Shown piece after piece: positions 1 through 14,397 of a DNA stretch of 64,000 nucleotides. The position numbers were made by a program, and so were the translations under genes. This DNA comes from the human T2T-CHM13v2.0 reference genome, Homo sapiens. The DNA is taken from NCBI RefSeq assembly GCF_009914755.1, contig NC_060931.1; one strand, 5' to 3'. Each line of letters opens with the position of its first letter. Position 1 is the first letter of the stretch. The notes beneath the pieces are model-generated. The model searched no databases and was not told the origin of the DNA. It saw nothing but the letters and a program-made list of their open reading frames with translations.

Positions 1-642
1 CATGTGCAGGAGGCCCCAGACAGTACAGCTGAATTCTAGGGAGGTTTCTTTTTTCTTTATTATTGTCTTCCTCTCTCAAATGTTCCCACCAGAGACCTCA
101 TGGCACCAGAGCAATAATGGTAACAATGCCTTTCATTTTCTCATTAGATCCCAATGGCTCCAAATTACCACTCAGAGCTGGAAATGTGAAAAGCGAAAGG
201 GATGATAAATAAATGACTTGCCCAGGGGCAGGCACAGAACTACACATGGGCCACCTGTTGGCGTTTATTTCTGACAATATCACTTTTAGAGTTTTCTGTG
301 ATACCACCTCAGGAAGAGGATGGAAACAAGATACCTACAAGGAAATATGTGGATTGGGCACCTACTATGGATTAGGCCCTTTGTTAGGGACTTTCATATC
401 TGTGATCACACTGACCTTCATAACAGTCCCATGAGGTAAGAATTATTACCCATGCTTTCATAAAGAGAACCTAAATTAAGTAACTTGTCAGGTGTCACAG
501 AACCAGCAAGAGGCAAAGTGAAAGTTTAATCATGTAATTCCAGCCTTGGCCCTGAGAAAGTGAAGACTTGTCTTTTAATGAGGCACAGTTCTTTTCTTTT
601 CAGTTGGAAATGGGTGTACGGAATTTTAAACGATAGACCAAA

Positions 643-1022
643 CATATACACCATGGAATACTACACAGCCATATAAAAGAATGAAATCATGTCCTTTGCA
701 GCAACATGGATGCAGCTGGAGGCCGGTATCCTGAGTGAATTAACCCAGGAAGACAAAACTAAATACTGCATATTCTCACTTATAAGTGGGAGCTAAACGC
801 TGGGTACACAAGGACACAAAGAGGAGAATAACAGACACTGAGAACTACTAGGAGGGAAGAGAGGGTGGCAAGGGTTGAAATCTAACTATCGGATACTATG
901 CCAACTGGGTGACACTGGTACACCAAGTCCCAGTAAAATGCAATTTACCCATGTAACAAATCTGCACATGTACCCTCTGAACCTAAAAGTCCAAAAATAA
1001 ATAAATAAAAAATAACAAAAAA
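643..1022 (+). mobile_element. L1 3' end fragment (old L1PA/L1PB-like)
   Basis: atggaatactacacagccat...gcaacatggatgcagctggagg...ttctcacttataagtgggagc...ctgcacatgtaccc followed by A-rich tail. Confidence 0.85.
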
Positions 1023-4000
1023 CCCAAGTGACCAAAACATTAAAACTTCAGTCAATAATTCCTTTGAGTTTTACTGCCCATAAAATATTAGGTCATTGGC
1101 TTTTTCAAAATTTCATTTATACTATAAACTAAGTAAATAAATTAATTTGTCAAAAATTTGGGGTAATGTCCCAAGTCACTGGATTCTGGCCCAATTTGGT
1201 GATGGGCTAGGGAGGAGGGAGGCACAGAGGGGAGAGGGGAGGACAGAGACACAGAAGGTTTCTGTCCACAGAGGCTCCTACACTAAGATTCCGATTTCCA
1301 AGTACACATCTGAATGACTATTTCTGTCAATGACTACTCTCGATTTCCCAAATTTGGTTATCATTTATATTTTGGTTTTGCAAAGATGATACCTGTCACA
1401 ACCTTAGGTTTGCTTTGGCATAAACTGTTTTACCTTCATTTGTCACTGATAGAACAGAGTGCTCAGAGAACCAGAAACAGATTAATGGGGATGGGGGGCG
1501 TCATTTTACATGGACATCTAGCAGAATAGAAAAGGTAGTTTTCCTTCGTGTTGAAGATACAAGGGATTTGAAAGGAACAGACATAACTGGTCCTAGAGAC
1601 CAGTTGGTCTGTCACCTACTGTATAAAACTAAGGGTTTCTACATAGAGTTAGCCTTCCTTCAAAGCACTGGATACAGCCACAAAGTAGAGATCTCCTTAA
1701 TGCAAAAGGCACGTTCTAGAGAGAAGCTTTATTGAAACAAAGAATACAGCAGGCCTAACGAATAGTGGAACAAAGTGACTAGAGTTGCCCCCAGAATTCA
1801 ATCCCATGGTGGTAGCACTTACTGACCCAATCTCTTTCCTCCCTCACTCCCACCCGTCCTTTTTTCCGTCCACAATGCTTTTGTGGCCACCATATACAAA
1901 ACAGACATTGAGGTGGACTAGTGGAGAAGAGTGATAAATCAACCAGTGGTCTTCAAGGAGGGGACACGTAAGCAGCCAATAAAAGAATCAAGTCATTTAG
2001 CAATGGGGTACCCTAAGGAGACTATGCTGTCTGCTGCCTTTTATAACGAGCATGGATTATTTAAAAATAAAAAAGAACAATAAACAAATTATACTGAAAT
2101 AAATACACCGAATGGCATCAATACTCATGGGGTTTTCTCTATGACTCCGATATTTAGATTAATTGCCAACCTAAAAGGTTTCCACATTTTAATATTTTTC
2201 ATTCAGGATTTTATCCTTTTCATTCCTAATATTCTGTGACCCCAAATGTGCTTCATTTAACAAAAATGGAGGGTCACACTGAAAGGCAACTCGTGACTTT
2301 GGACACAGATAAACCCTGGCTGGGTTATATTTCATCCTATGAGAAGTGTTCAGCATTCAACCTGCAGCATCCTAGTTGACATAGCAGCATCCTGTAATTA
2401 CCCCTAAAGGCCATTTGATTTGATAATATATTCACCACCATGTATAATTTACATAATGTTTTACAATTATGCATTAATATGCAAATGTTAGGCTAAAGAT
2501 TATGTGGCCTAGAAATGCAGTGCAAGTATTTCTCTGACAATCACGCTCTGTGTGTATATAGATATCTAACCTGATAGGCCTTTCAATGTTAGTGAAGGAA
2601 TGACTCATGGTGATTAAGAAGAAATGAGAATGAGCCCAGCATTCTAAATTTGCAATTCACTTACCAGAGTACATAAAGCCATGTTAAGTTCAATAAATGC
2701 TATGAGGATGAACATTTTTCTCTCTAAATTTCTTACGTGGATCTCTGGGATGTCAGAAAGCCTGTCAAAACCAGCACCAAAGGTGGGAAGTGGTTTAGAC
2801 ACGTGCATCCTTTAGACATGTAACTACCATGAAAATAGCTCACCGAGTGTATATTATGACACACTAATCAGATAAACTGGGCTGTGAAATTAAATCCTCT
2901 TTCTCCTTTCCCCAACAATAATCCATCTACAAAGGGAAAAGGAAATGAAAGTGGGGAAAGGGATAAATACTTATGTCACTTTAGCGTCACTGTTGATGTG
3001 TTAAATGTACAAAAGCCAGGAAATTCAGTTACCGTTCCCATAGCAACTGCAGCTTGCCTCCTGGACCTGGTAAATTAAGTTATGAAAATTAATCCCACTT
3101 AGAACATGAGGAAACACTGCCCCTAAGCAAGGGAAACCACAGTTAGGTCGAACTTTGTATTAACTGAGTAGCAAGTTCTCCTCAAGATGAGGTCCAGAGG
3201 AAAAGACAGTTGCATGAGCAGCTCACTGCAGGCTACTTTCCAGGAAAAGAAAGGTTTCCTTCAACTGGTATGACCTGACCAGCTGACAGCCCAATAAGTG
3301 GGAGCCTAGACATTCCAGAGGCATCAGAGAGGGAATAACAGACACAGCTCCCCTACACATGCAGGCCCAGGATGAGAATTTATTTAATCCTCCCGGTAAG
3401 AAAATAAGCTACCATACCTGTGGTGTACCTTACTACTACTTCTGAATGCCAGTTCTCTTAGGATTCAATGAAAAGACCAGCAGAGAAAAGGGGACAGAAA
3501 TCTGAAACTTATGTGAAAGTCCAAGCTTCAAGTCTTATGTGATTGTCATTCAAATGGATGCTCACACCTGGACCAAGTCTACACCTGGACCAAGTATGAC
3601 TGTATTACCTGAGGAGGGCTGTAGGTTGTATTTTAAATCAATAAGCAGCTTTTGGTGACTAGCTAAATCCTGGTGAAAATTCACCCAATTAAGATTTCTT
3701 TACTATGCTGCTACTTATTTTCAGGTTCAGTAAGGAATCTAAATCTTCAAAATAAAAACTAATAAAAGGTCCTACAGTCAGTACTAAACAAAGTTAAAAA
3801 AAATTATAAGATAGGCATATGCTTTCCTTCCCTAAGGAATACAACAAATTAGTTTTGGAACTAAACTATAAACATTACCTATAGTATCAGCAATAGATAT
3901 GGAAGTCAAATGACATATTATTTAATAGTAAGTGTTTTCAAGCCATGATCACAGTCTTTCTCTTCATCACAGCTTCTACCATCATCCTGGGTTGCTTTTA

Positions 4001-4719
4001 AATCCACTTGTATGACCCTTGGCCTCATCTCCAATGACCCTTCACTCGATTCCCCTCCGCTATCTCCCTCCGCAGTCACCCTTGAGCTGAGAGTATTGAG
4101 AAAACGCACGTTCACCAGAATCAGCACATTGCAACACTCAAGTTTTTGAAGACTGCCTCCTCTCCTACCTCCTTAAGTAGTAAGTACCACTGCTGTAGTT
4201 CTTCAACCGGGGCAAAACCGCAAGTTCAACCAGCCCCCTCCTGCCACCACAACCACTTTCTCCCATGCAGATTCCACGGTCCATTATTACAATCATGCTC
4301 TTTCTGCCAAATTGCCTAAATTCCTAAATTTTTTCATCCTTGGGTCGTCTGCCGTATCCACTTGTCATAGTCCTAACTATAGAGGAGCTCCATGGGCTTC
4401 TTTCTCTGGGCCTACATGGAGCAGCTGAAGTGTCTGCAAGAACACAGTCCCACCAGATGGCCTCACTACAGTCAGGATCCAAACCATCACCTGGGCCCTT
4501 GACACTGCCTGGGCATTTTCTCGTGTTCCTCTAGACATCCTGCTCTCACATGCTGCACAACATCATTTCATAAATTTTCTACTGTCTTTAAACCTTGCTC
4601 ATTGACTCCCCTCATGCTAGGAGGGTGATGCTGCATCCTTCATAGAGAAAATTGAACCATTGGTATGGAGCTTGGGTCCCAGGGAGCTCCTGCCCTGGGA
4701 TCTGCATATCCTCTGCGAT

Positions 4720-4985
4720 GCAGTAGAAACTGCAGGGACTATGTATGAGGGCTGGAGCATCAGATCATCAGGTTCCAATCCTGGGTCCAAGGTTTGACAG
4801 CCAGTGGGCCTTGGGCTAACTACTTCACCCTCTGTGCCTCGGATTCCTCATCTATGAAGACACAAGGACACTACCTGCCTCAGTGGTGTAGCTGTTACAG
4901 GAAATAATACGGGCAAAGCCTGCAGAACAGTGTTTGGCACACAATACGCACTCAGAAATGTTAGCCTTGATAATTATCACTGTTA
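4720..4985 (+). mobile_element. MIR SINE, embedded in degraded L2-like sequence
   Basis: MIR core ccttgggctaactacttcaccctctgtgcctcggattcctcatct; 3' ggcacacaatacgcactcagaaatgttagc. Confidence 0.7.
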
Positions 4986-5189
4986 TTATGAATCTTGGTT
5001 CTCTCCTCTCTTATCCTTCTTACTTACCCTATTAAAACCCTTCCTGCTTTTAAAAGCCAATCTCCCCGTAAGTACTCAGATCCTATCTCCTTCCCCATCT
5101 GCAGAGACTAGGCTCCATCAGTGTCTCCTCTCTCTCCTGCACGTCTCTCCTGCCTACAGTGGATCCTGTCTATCTGTATTCAGATATGC

Positions 5190-5365
5190 TCAGCAGTATG
5201 CAGTACCTGTTTAACAGCTAGCTTTTGGTGGGGATGGTAAGGTCTTAGTTGTGTTTGCCAGTTTCTGTAGTGTAAATATTCCCACCATAGCCAATTCTGA
5301 GCTGCCCACTGTTTAACGACTGGCTACCAAACTTGCTGAAAATAATTGGTTCTAGTCCATTGGTG
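5190..5365 (-). mobile_element. MER63-like hAT DNA transposon relic
   Basis: gtttgccagtttctgtagtgtaaatattcccaccatagcc matches recalled MER63A; related copy at ~51765. Confidence 0.6.
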
Positions 5366-5530
5366 ATTTATGTTGGAGTGTCTCTCATCTTTACAAAAAC
5401 TCACTCCCAAACACCACCATGAACAAAAACAAAATGAAAACCCAGCCAGGGTTCTAACACACACCTCCACCTCCCACCCCAAACAGCTATTGCCCTATCT
5501 CTTCACTCCCCTTCATGGCTACCCCCACCC

Positions 5531-5655
5531 TTTTTTTTTTTGAGGTGGACTCCTTCTATGTTGCCCAGGCTGGTCTTGAACTTCTGGGCTCAAGGGATCC
5601 TCGCACCTCAGCCTCTCAAGTAGCTGGGATTATAGGCATGCATCCACCTGTGGCT
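5531..5655 (-). mobile_element. FLAM / Alu monomer
   Basis: Poly(T) then gttgcccaggctggtcttgaacttctgggctcaag...gctgggattataggc; single arm. Confidence 0.85.
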
Positions 5656-6203
5656 ACCATCTTGAAAAGAGGTGTCTCCATCACCCCCGGCCTGACATCT
5701 ACTCTGCCTTCCATCTCCTTCCATCCCTCCATGAGAACTGCGCTAGCTAAGGACTCCAGTGTCCTCCAGGAAACAATTCAGTCCTCTTCTAACTTGACTC
5801 TTAGCAGCATTCACTGGTACCTCCATGTCTTCTGGTTCTGCCCTTCCCCCTCAAGTCACTCCTTCATGTGGTCACCCTCCTCTTCCTCTAGAAGCCCTTA
5901 AATGAAGGTCTTCCATGGGTTTGCATGCTGGACCTCTGTTCTTCCCACTCCAAATTCTCTTGAGACAATCTTAACTCATCTCATAACTTTAGTACCAACC
6001 CACATGGAAAAAAGTGCCAGTTTATTTTCTCTGCATAGGTTTTCTTTTAGGGTTCTCTGTCTGAATGTATCTATTTTGAAAATGAAAACGCTCGTGCTAG
6101 TGGACTGGAGGAACAAAACAAGCATAGAGACACTGCCTGCCCTAACAACATTCACGCAATCTGGGAAAAAGAAACAATCTGAAAAGTTATGTCTGTGACT
6201 CAC

Positions 6204-6558
6204 TGATATGGTTTGGCTGTGTCCCCACCCAGATCTCACTCTGAGCTGTAATAATCCCCACATGTCAAAGGCAGGGCCAGGTGGAGATAACTGAATCATG
6301 GGGCAGCTGCCCTCATACTGTTCTCATGGTAGTGAACACGTCTCACAAGATCTGATGGTTTTATAAATGGGAGTTCCCTTGCACAAGCTCTCTTGCCTGC
6401 TGCCACGTAAGACATGACTTTGTTCCTCATTCACCTTCAGCCATGACTGTGAGACCTCCCCAGCCATGTGGAACTGTGAGTCAATTAGACCTCTTTCCTT
6501 TATAAATTACCCAGTCTCGGGCATGTCTCTATTAGCAGCGTGAGAACAGATGAATAAA
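6204..6558 (+). mobile_element. THE1-family (MaLR) solo LTR
   Basis: Starts tgatatggtttggctgtgtcccc; ends ataaattacccagtctcggg...agcagcgtgagaacag; ~355 bp. Confidence 0.88.
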
Positions 6559-6894
6559 CTTGCCAGCCAGGTAAGTCACAACCACATGAGGAAGAGATGG
6601 AATCAAAACTGTAGGGCACTGAGTGTGGCATGTCCATTAATGCAAGCACTTATGCCTGGGTGTACAGCCTTACTTCTCTGAATCTAGTATTTAGCCATTT
6701 GAGGGCAATGGCAAGAATGAGGCAAAACTGAATCTCTCTCAGCACGAAGTGATTCTCCAAGCACAGATGCAGGCCCTTTCCTGGCTGTGGCCACTGGGTT
6801 GTCCCTTGGTACCCAGTACCCAGGCCTTCTGGGGTCATTCTCCAAAGAAGGCACTGTGGCTACAGGCCAGTAGGCCTCTGTGCCTCAAAGAGCC

Positions 6895-7130
6895 TCAAAG
6901 AGTTCTAGTGTTCTATACCACCGTAGGATGACTATAGTTAATAATAATATATAGTTACAAAAAGTTGGAAGGAGGATATCGAATGTTCCCAACACAAAGA
7001 AATGATAAATGACTGAGATGATGGATATGCTAATTATCCTGATTTGACCACTATACCTAGTATATATCAAAACATCACTGTGTTCCCCATGAATATGTAC
7101 AATTATTATTTGCCAATTAAAAAATAAAAG
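6895..7130 (+). mobile_element. L1MA 3' end fragment
   Basis: gaatgttcccaacacaaagaaatgataaatg...gatggatatgctaatta...aaaaataaaa. Confidence 0.8.
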
Positions 7131-7776
7131 AGCTATTGATAAAGAGAACATTGGACTCAAGAGCTTGCATGATTTTTAGGGTAGAACAAAATTAATTTTA
7201 AAAATCCAGAAACTGAGGGCACTATGTTTTCATCTGCTCTGATACTTGGAAATCCACTTGCATTACCCAGCTAAGCAAAACTAGTGGGTCACAATAACCT
7301 ACAAGATTTTTGACTGATTAGACAGCAATACCCATCAAAAGGACTTAGGAGTAAATTCTCTATCTGGGAAACTTTTGGGGCAGGAAATATTTTTTACAGA
7401 CTGAATTTATGAGACAAACTTTGTCAGAATTTAAAGAAGATCTCATAAAAATCAGAATCCATGTATTCTCCAGAAACTCATCCATTCATTTTTAGGTAAA
7501 GGTTTAAATTTATAGATGCCACTGATTACTGAGGGTGGCACGCAACCCAAGCATTCATCTACAGACATGATGCTTTGAGAGTAAACATTCTGATCACATG
7601 GTGCTAAGGTGCCCCATCAATTGAAAAGAAAGTAAGAAATCAACATGGAAAAAAGTATCCAGTCCACACATATGTGCTGAGCATCTCACTACTTTTCAGG
7701 TCTGTTGGTCAGCAGGGTACAGCGATGAACAAAATATCTAAACGTATGTGCAACAAAGAGCGACAGAAATGCAAAG

Positions 7777-7873
7777 TATTTTCTTCTTATACTTCATATT
7801 CTAATTATTGTATTATGTACAGATATTTATTTTCTTCCCATACTTCCTTTTCTAATTATTCTACTATGTACAG
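7777..7873. repeat. Degenerate 51-bp tandem duplication
   Basis: tattttcttc..atacttc..ttctaattatt.ta.tatgtacag at 7777 and 7828. Confidence 0.8.
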
Positions 7874-10800
7874 TCATCTGTTTCATCATCAGGAAAAGAA
7901 GCGGAGCCTTGTTTAAGGAAAAGATGTCGAGAGAGATAATTTCAGAAATGATTTCAGACATTTAAAACATTAAAACAACCTTGTTTCTAAGTTATCTCTA
8001 TTAACTTTAGAATTATAAAATTAACAAACTAGAAATAGAAATTGTTAGTCTGCAACAGCTTGAAACTCACATAATCTTTCTTTTTTTTTTGAAAAGACAG
8101 AATTTTCCTGTTATTAACACCATAAAGGTTTAAAAAAAAAGCTTCTTTGAAAGAACTCATGTGGCTAATAAATGTGTTCTTGAAGGCTCTTCTCGGACTG
8201 GAGTCACTGACAAATCTCAGAAGGATGAGTTGAAATATAAACTCTAGGCGAGCTATTCTCACTCATAAATAAAACAGTTCGAACTCTGCTTGGGGTTATG
8301 AGAATCCAAAATTCAGTATTATGGAGGTACTCAGAACATTTGCATTTGAACATTAGAGACCAAATACTGGGCTAAGAGAATGGAGAAGACCAACAGGTAA
8401 TAGGCACAGATGGCCTGGGCACAGGTCTACTGCTCTCAAGTGGAACTGACTGTGGGTCACGTGTTCCACTTTGACACATGGGAAAGTTCACATGCCTCAT
8501 CCCTTCCCCAGGCAGGCCCTAAATGAAGGCTGTGGTAACATGAGATGGGTTGTGCAGTAAAGCAGTTCCCAGCTGTCCGGGTGAAACTCTATCCCAGTCT
8601 CCCTGTCTCAGGAAAGTACAGTAAGTTAGCAAGTGAGAGTGACGTTAAAGAGATATTCTTGAACCCGCTCTAGGAAACCACCTGTACCCTTTGGCACTTT
8701 ACCTATTCTTAGTAATAGAATATTTGTGACCATTAAGATGTGATGAGGTCACAGTTGACAGTGGCCAATGTATATGACACTTATTGTCAACATTAATTCC
8801 CAGGACATAACCCCATCTCTTCTTATTGCACTTGCTAGTATAACTATGAGGCCCACTCTGTTAAGGCAGATGAATTTTAGCATATGCCTCAGTAAAACAC
8901 AAATAAGAAAATCAATTTCATAAAAGAACAAAACATTTAGGATACAGGTAACTCAGAAATTAACATGCAATGTCTCAGACTTATATAACTGAGAGAGTAG
9001 AGAGAACTACAGTTGGTTCATTACCCAATATAATGATATAATGAAACTAAGGAGTGTTCATGCTGGTTTACAAAAGGGGAGATAGTGGTGCTCACTAAAG
9101 CACAGACAGCTTGAGGGATTCCTACAGAAATCCCCTTTAGGAGGTCTGGGCCCCACAAGCAAACATTACATAGTAATGAGCCCGACTCCTAGGTCATGAG
9201 ATGGTCCCCCAAATTATTGAAGGCTATAAATCTTAAATATAAAGGTGGCTAATACAAAATAATTATAAAACAGCAGTTTGAATTTAAGTGACAATTCTAC
9301 ATGTGAAATATAAAAGTGTTAATGACCTCATTTTGAAATGATGGTCACATGTCTCCAAATGCCTCATCTCTCCGTGTAAGAGTCAGGGTTCTATCCTGAC
9401 AGTAGGACACTCCTTCATTCCTCTAAGATTGCAGCTGCTGCTCCCTGGGAGCCTCCCAGTGGTGGGAACAGCTCCAATCCCATTCTAAACCACTAAGAGC
9501 TCCAATAAATGGTTACCATTTACTCCCAGGGTTGGCCAGTAAGCCCCTCCCCACTTCCCCAGTAAGTCTAACTAGAGACAAAAGGAATACATTAAAAAAA
9601 TGTGCTTTATCTACACCTTACAAGTCTGGTCCTAAGACCTCTCTAAATAGATCTAAGCGATCTATTTAGAAGGAAAAGAATATGTTTCTTGATGAAAACC
9701 ACTCAAATTAGTAAATTAATTCTTGATCTGATAAAGTCAAAACAAATCCACTCCATCACTTCCCAACCACTTCATGTATGAGGCAGGGGAAAAATCCAGA
9801 ACCAGAGTTACTAAAATCAGAAAAGTTCTAGCAGCTGCAAACATGAAATTAAGAAATTCCCTAGAAGAGAAATTCTCAAATTGTGCCTCACTGTAGCAAA
9901 GAAAAGTGAATGACTAATAGGTGCTAAAATTTCTAAAGTCTCACATCTCATAACATGCCCCAAACTTATAATTTATTTCATAACAAGCACTTTTAGCTCA
10001 ATCTTTGGAAGAAATGTTTCAAATGGAACCGATCTCCGATTTCATACTAAAAGTTGATGAGAAAATGGGTCTCAGAATTAGTAATAAACTTTGCTAGAAT
10101 GTTCTACTGACTTAAAAATTAAGAATTGGAAGAATTTTATAACTAAAATATTGTTATATTCTATTTCGATCCATCTTACCAGCATAAGTTGAAATTTTTC
10201 TTATGTGAAGTTACTCCAATTTCACCCTTTTTAACTTTGAGAACATGAGCTAATTTCTGTGCTCTCTCTGCATATTTATATCTAAATCCTAGATTTGCTT
10301 GAAAATGAGAATTTTATCAGTTGTCAGAGGCAACTCAACATAGGAGGGTGACGAGGGGAGAAAACAAAATTATATTCAAATGAAACTTAAGCTGGCTCCC
10401 ATCTGGCTAAACTTTAAGCTTCAAATAAATGCAATTTTCTTTTCTTCACCTCATCCAATCAGACACAGAAGATATTTCTCTAGGGGGTAAGGAGATAGCA
10501 ATCAAAGGAGGCAAAAGAGGGAAAACTGCCACTGCATCCTCTTACATCCTCATCACCCTACGTTCCTGGCACCATTGGATGGCAGAGGAGCCCATGCTGC
10601 TTAAGTCTCTTCATTCTGTGGCTCTTCACAAGCCTTCCACATCTTGGGGAGTGTGATTAAACAGACGAGAAGAGGATATGAGAATATGAGAGGCTGGGAA
10701 AAATTCATATGAAGATGCAATCCTCTTGTATTCTTTCTTTCTTTTTCATCTATAGTAGAGGGCTAAGACCATAAAAATTTATCAATTTAGTTCACTGAAA

Positions 10801-11374
10801 ATATTGCACCCTTTCTTGATTTCCGTTGGAATTTGTGAACTGTGTGTGTGTGTGTTATACTTAAAACACATATTTAAGTATCAGTCTGGGATAACAGCTG
10901 TAAATTGGAAACCAAGATCAGCAAATACACGGGTTTCCAGCCTCCTGTTCTCATCTGTGGTCCCACGTGTCTTGAGCAAGGCTTTCTTGTTTGGTCTGGC
11001 CATTCCTGGCTTCTAGTGAAAGATGACATGATGGATTTCAGAATGATGGGTACCAGCTTTACTCTGTTGTCAGGCAGGGCTCCTGGCTCACCCTGTGGAA
11101 CTAACCACACCTGGATTAATAAACTAAGTAGGGTAATCCAGTTAAGGGGAGCATCTGTGATGTATTTTCTCTTCTGGGACATTCCTTTATATACAATTCA
11201 CAAAGGGGAGGCATACTCTCATCAAGGAATCAGTGCATCATCCTAACAGTTAACTCAATGAGATTAGTGGAGATTTATGTCAATGAGCCTAGATTTACTT
11301 TCACCACATTCCCCCACCGATTATCCTCCACCAACTGAGAACTACTAGTCAAAGAGGCAAAACTCATTGTCCAG

Positions 11375-11650
11375 AGAAAACTTTTAGGAGAACTGAAAAT
11401 AGCCTGTATCCTGATTTTGATGGTGGTTACATGATGGTATACAATTACCAAAACTAAAGAACTGTACATCAAAAAAGGGTAAGTTTTACTGTATAAATTA
11501 TCCCTCGATGACTCTGACTTAAAAAGAGAACAAAAGAAACAAAGAAAACTGAATCTCAACTGGCATTAAACCAGTATATTGAGTGGAAGAAGAGAGACAC
11601 AAAAAGCTACACATTGTAGGGTTCCATTTACATGAATAGTAGGTAGAAAA
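11375..11650 (+). mobile_element. Old L1M (MB/MC/ME) 3' fragments
   Basis: tgtatcctgattttgatggtggttacatg...taagttttactgtataaattat; gttccatttacatgaatagt. Confidence 0.6.
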
Positions 11651-12537
11651 GAAAGAGAATAAATTATTCATCCCTTCCACCTCCACCCCTACACATTCAA
11701 ACCTCATATTCTTCACCATGCCCACAATCTTAGGAAAAAAAATGTATTTTTCCCAAAGCTGGCCTCACGCTCTCAAAAAGAAACTAGCAAGAGATTTCAT
11801 AACTGTGTTTCAGAGTCTTGAGTGGGACTATAGTTCAAGAACAGAATCAATTTTGGGTGTTTTGATTCAAATCTCCTAAGGAGAATTCAACTCCAGAGAG
11901 AGCTCAATGGTGGTGTACACATAGTCTCTACCTTCCCCACTCCCCAGGTTTAATTAAGCTAAAAAATTTAAGTACATTCAACAAGTAAGGAAGACAATAC
12001 AATTTGATAACATCTTCCTTTATTTGGTGTAACTTGAAAAAAACAAAACTCATGCTACCATATTTTATTTACTAACAATAGCTAAAAATATCATCCCCCA
12101 GGCTCTTTAATTTTGCTAGTAGATTAAAATAAGAAAAATTCCCTTCAGGCAAAACTAACTTTGTTAATGCTCCCATTTCAAACATTATCTTAGGTCAGAC
12201 ATTTCTTTGGAATATTATCTAGCTTTTAAATACACACACACGCACACGTGCACACACGCACACAATATATATAATATTAGTATACTCAATTAAAAAGGTT
12301 CAGGAGAGCTCTTCAGCTGGGAGCTGAAGCTCAAGAGTAAACAAGTTCTTCTTGAGAATGAGGAGGAGCATTCTTTATTTTAAATCTAAAAGTATTAACT
12401 CAAAAATAATCTAAAACTTACAAAAATTAGCTACTAATCCAACTACTCTATAGGCTTTCGGCAATTCAAAAAACAAAGAGTGTTAAAGTACATGAAGCAC
12501 CAAAAAAGGGTCTCCTCTGAAAATTGGGCTTGGGCCC

Positions 12538-12859
12538 TGATATGGTTTGGCTGTATTCTCACCAAAATCTCATCTTGATTTGTAACCCCCACAATTCCCG
12601 CGTGTTGTAGGAGGAGCCTGGTGGGAAGTAATTGAATCATGGGGGTGGGTCTTTCCTGTGCTGTTCTCATTATAGTAAATAAGTCTCATAAGATCGGCTG
12701 GTTTTAAAAATGGGAGTTCCCTGCACAAGCTCTCTTTGCCTGCTGCCATCCACGTACGATGTGACTGCCATGTGGAACTGTAAGTTCATTAAACCTCTTT
12801 CTTTTGTAAATTGCCCAGTCTTGGGGATGTCTTTATCAGCAGCATGAAAACACAATATA
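12538..12859 (+). mobile_element. THE1-family solo LTR with a small internal deletion
   Basis: tgatatggtttggctg start; gatgtgact joined directly to gccatgtggaactg; TSD-like ggccc/ggtcc. Confidence 0.85.
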
Positions 12860-13914
12860 GGTCCCTCAATACTTAACTTCTTATGAACTCGGAATGCAAA
12901 TCAATATAGCTCCTCTATTTTAATATCTTTAAAGCAGTAAACTACGTAAGTAAAACCACCACTCCATACACATCCCAAATGAGGAATCATCCATTCCCCT
13001 TATTACTTAAAGAGTCAACCTTCAGTTCCTACATCAATAACATGCGTCACCATTAACTAGGAGGAGCCTGCAGTGAGGGGGTGCCACTGGTTTCTCTTCT
13101 TCATAAAACATAAGGCGAGTACCACTCACATGCAATTACAACAGAACCAACCATTTGGACACACAAAATACACATGGACAATACATATGTCAAAAAATGT
13201 TTAACCTTTCTCATAAAAGAGCCAAGAATGAGACAATACCTTGAACTCTCAAGTTGACAAAGAGGTTTCTTGGTTTTCTTTTATTGTTGCTATAATTTTA
13301 TCATATCCCTGCTAAGGGGCCAGAAACATCAAAGGAAACTTTTCAGAGGGCAGTTAGGCAACATCTATCTAAGTAACTATACATACATGCCCACTGACTA
13401 GCAATTTCACTTCTAGGAATTTCTTCTAAGTAAAACATTAAAAATGAATCCTTTGCGTTAATTCTGGTGGTAGATATAGCCAGAGGTGTTTTTTACAGTA
13501 AAAATTTGGAAACAATCTCAATATATAGAAATAGACATCTTTTGAACATAATGCTATCTAGTCATTAAAGAATATGCCCTTGAAGGATATTTTAAGATAT
13601 AGAAAGAAGTTACTGATGATAATTTTGAGGGAAGGAAAAAAGAAACCAGGATTCTGAACTTCAGAGGCAGTATGATCCCACATTTTTTATATATACATGT
13701 ATATGCAAACACATGTATTTATGCAGATAATGTGAGGATACAAATATAGATACAGTAGAGGCTAAAAGGGAACACATCACTATGCCTACACTGTTATCTC
13801 ATGGTGGCAGAATAGTAAGGGGCTTTAATTTTCTCCTTTAAATATCATTCCCATTTTCTAAAACTTCTACATTTTCAACAGCGGACAAGCATCTGGTTTT
13901 TATTGTTGTTTTTG

Positions 13915-14226
13915 TATGTGTGTGTGTGTGTGTGTGTGCATGTTTTTTTTTTTCCTTAGAGACAGGGTCTTGCTCTGTCGTCCAGGCTAGAGTACGGTGG
14001 CACTGTATCCTTCACGAACATATCATAGTTCACTGTGATGCTTGAACTCCTGGGTCTGTGCTAGGACTACAGACACATACCACCATGTCCAGGTAATTTT
14101 ATTTTATTTTTTGTAGAGACAGGGTTTTGCTGTGTTGCCCAGACTTGTCTTCTGGCCTCAAGAGACCCTCCGGCTTTGGCCTCCCAAAGTATTGGGATTA
14201 CAGGAAAGAGCCACTCTGCACCTGAC
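13915..14226 (-). mobile_element. AluJ, preceded by (TG)n
   Basis: agagacagggtcttgctctg...ttggcctcccaaagtattgggattacagg; diverged. Confidence 0.85.
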
Positions 14227-14397
14227 CACTAAAATTTTTAATGTATTGATTTTATAATATTAAAATATATTTCTATGTATCTTATACAGTCCAGATTTTG
14301 TGTGATATTTTAGGAGAAGTAGGGAAATGGCAGAAAAGAATTCAAGAACAATTATGTGACTATTTTAAAAAATGAAAATACTGATCTTCTCAAAAGT

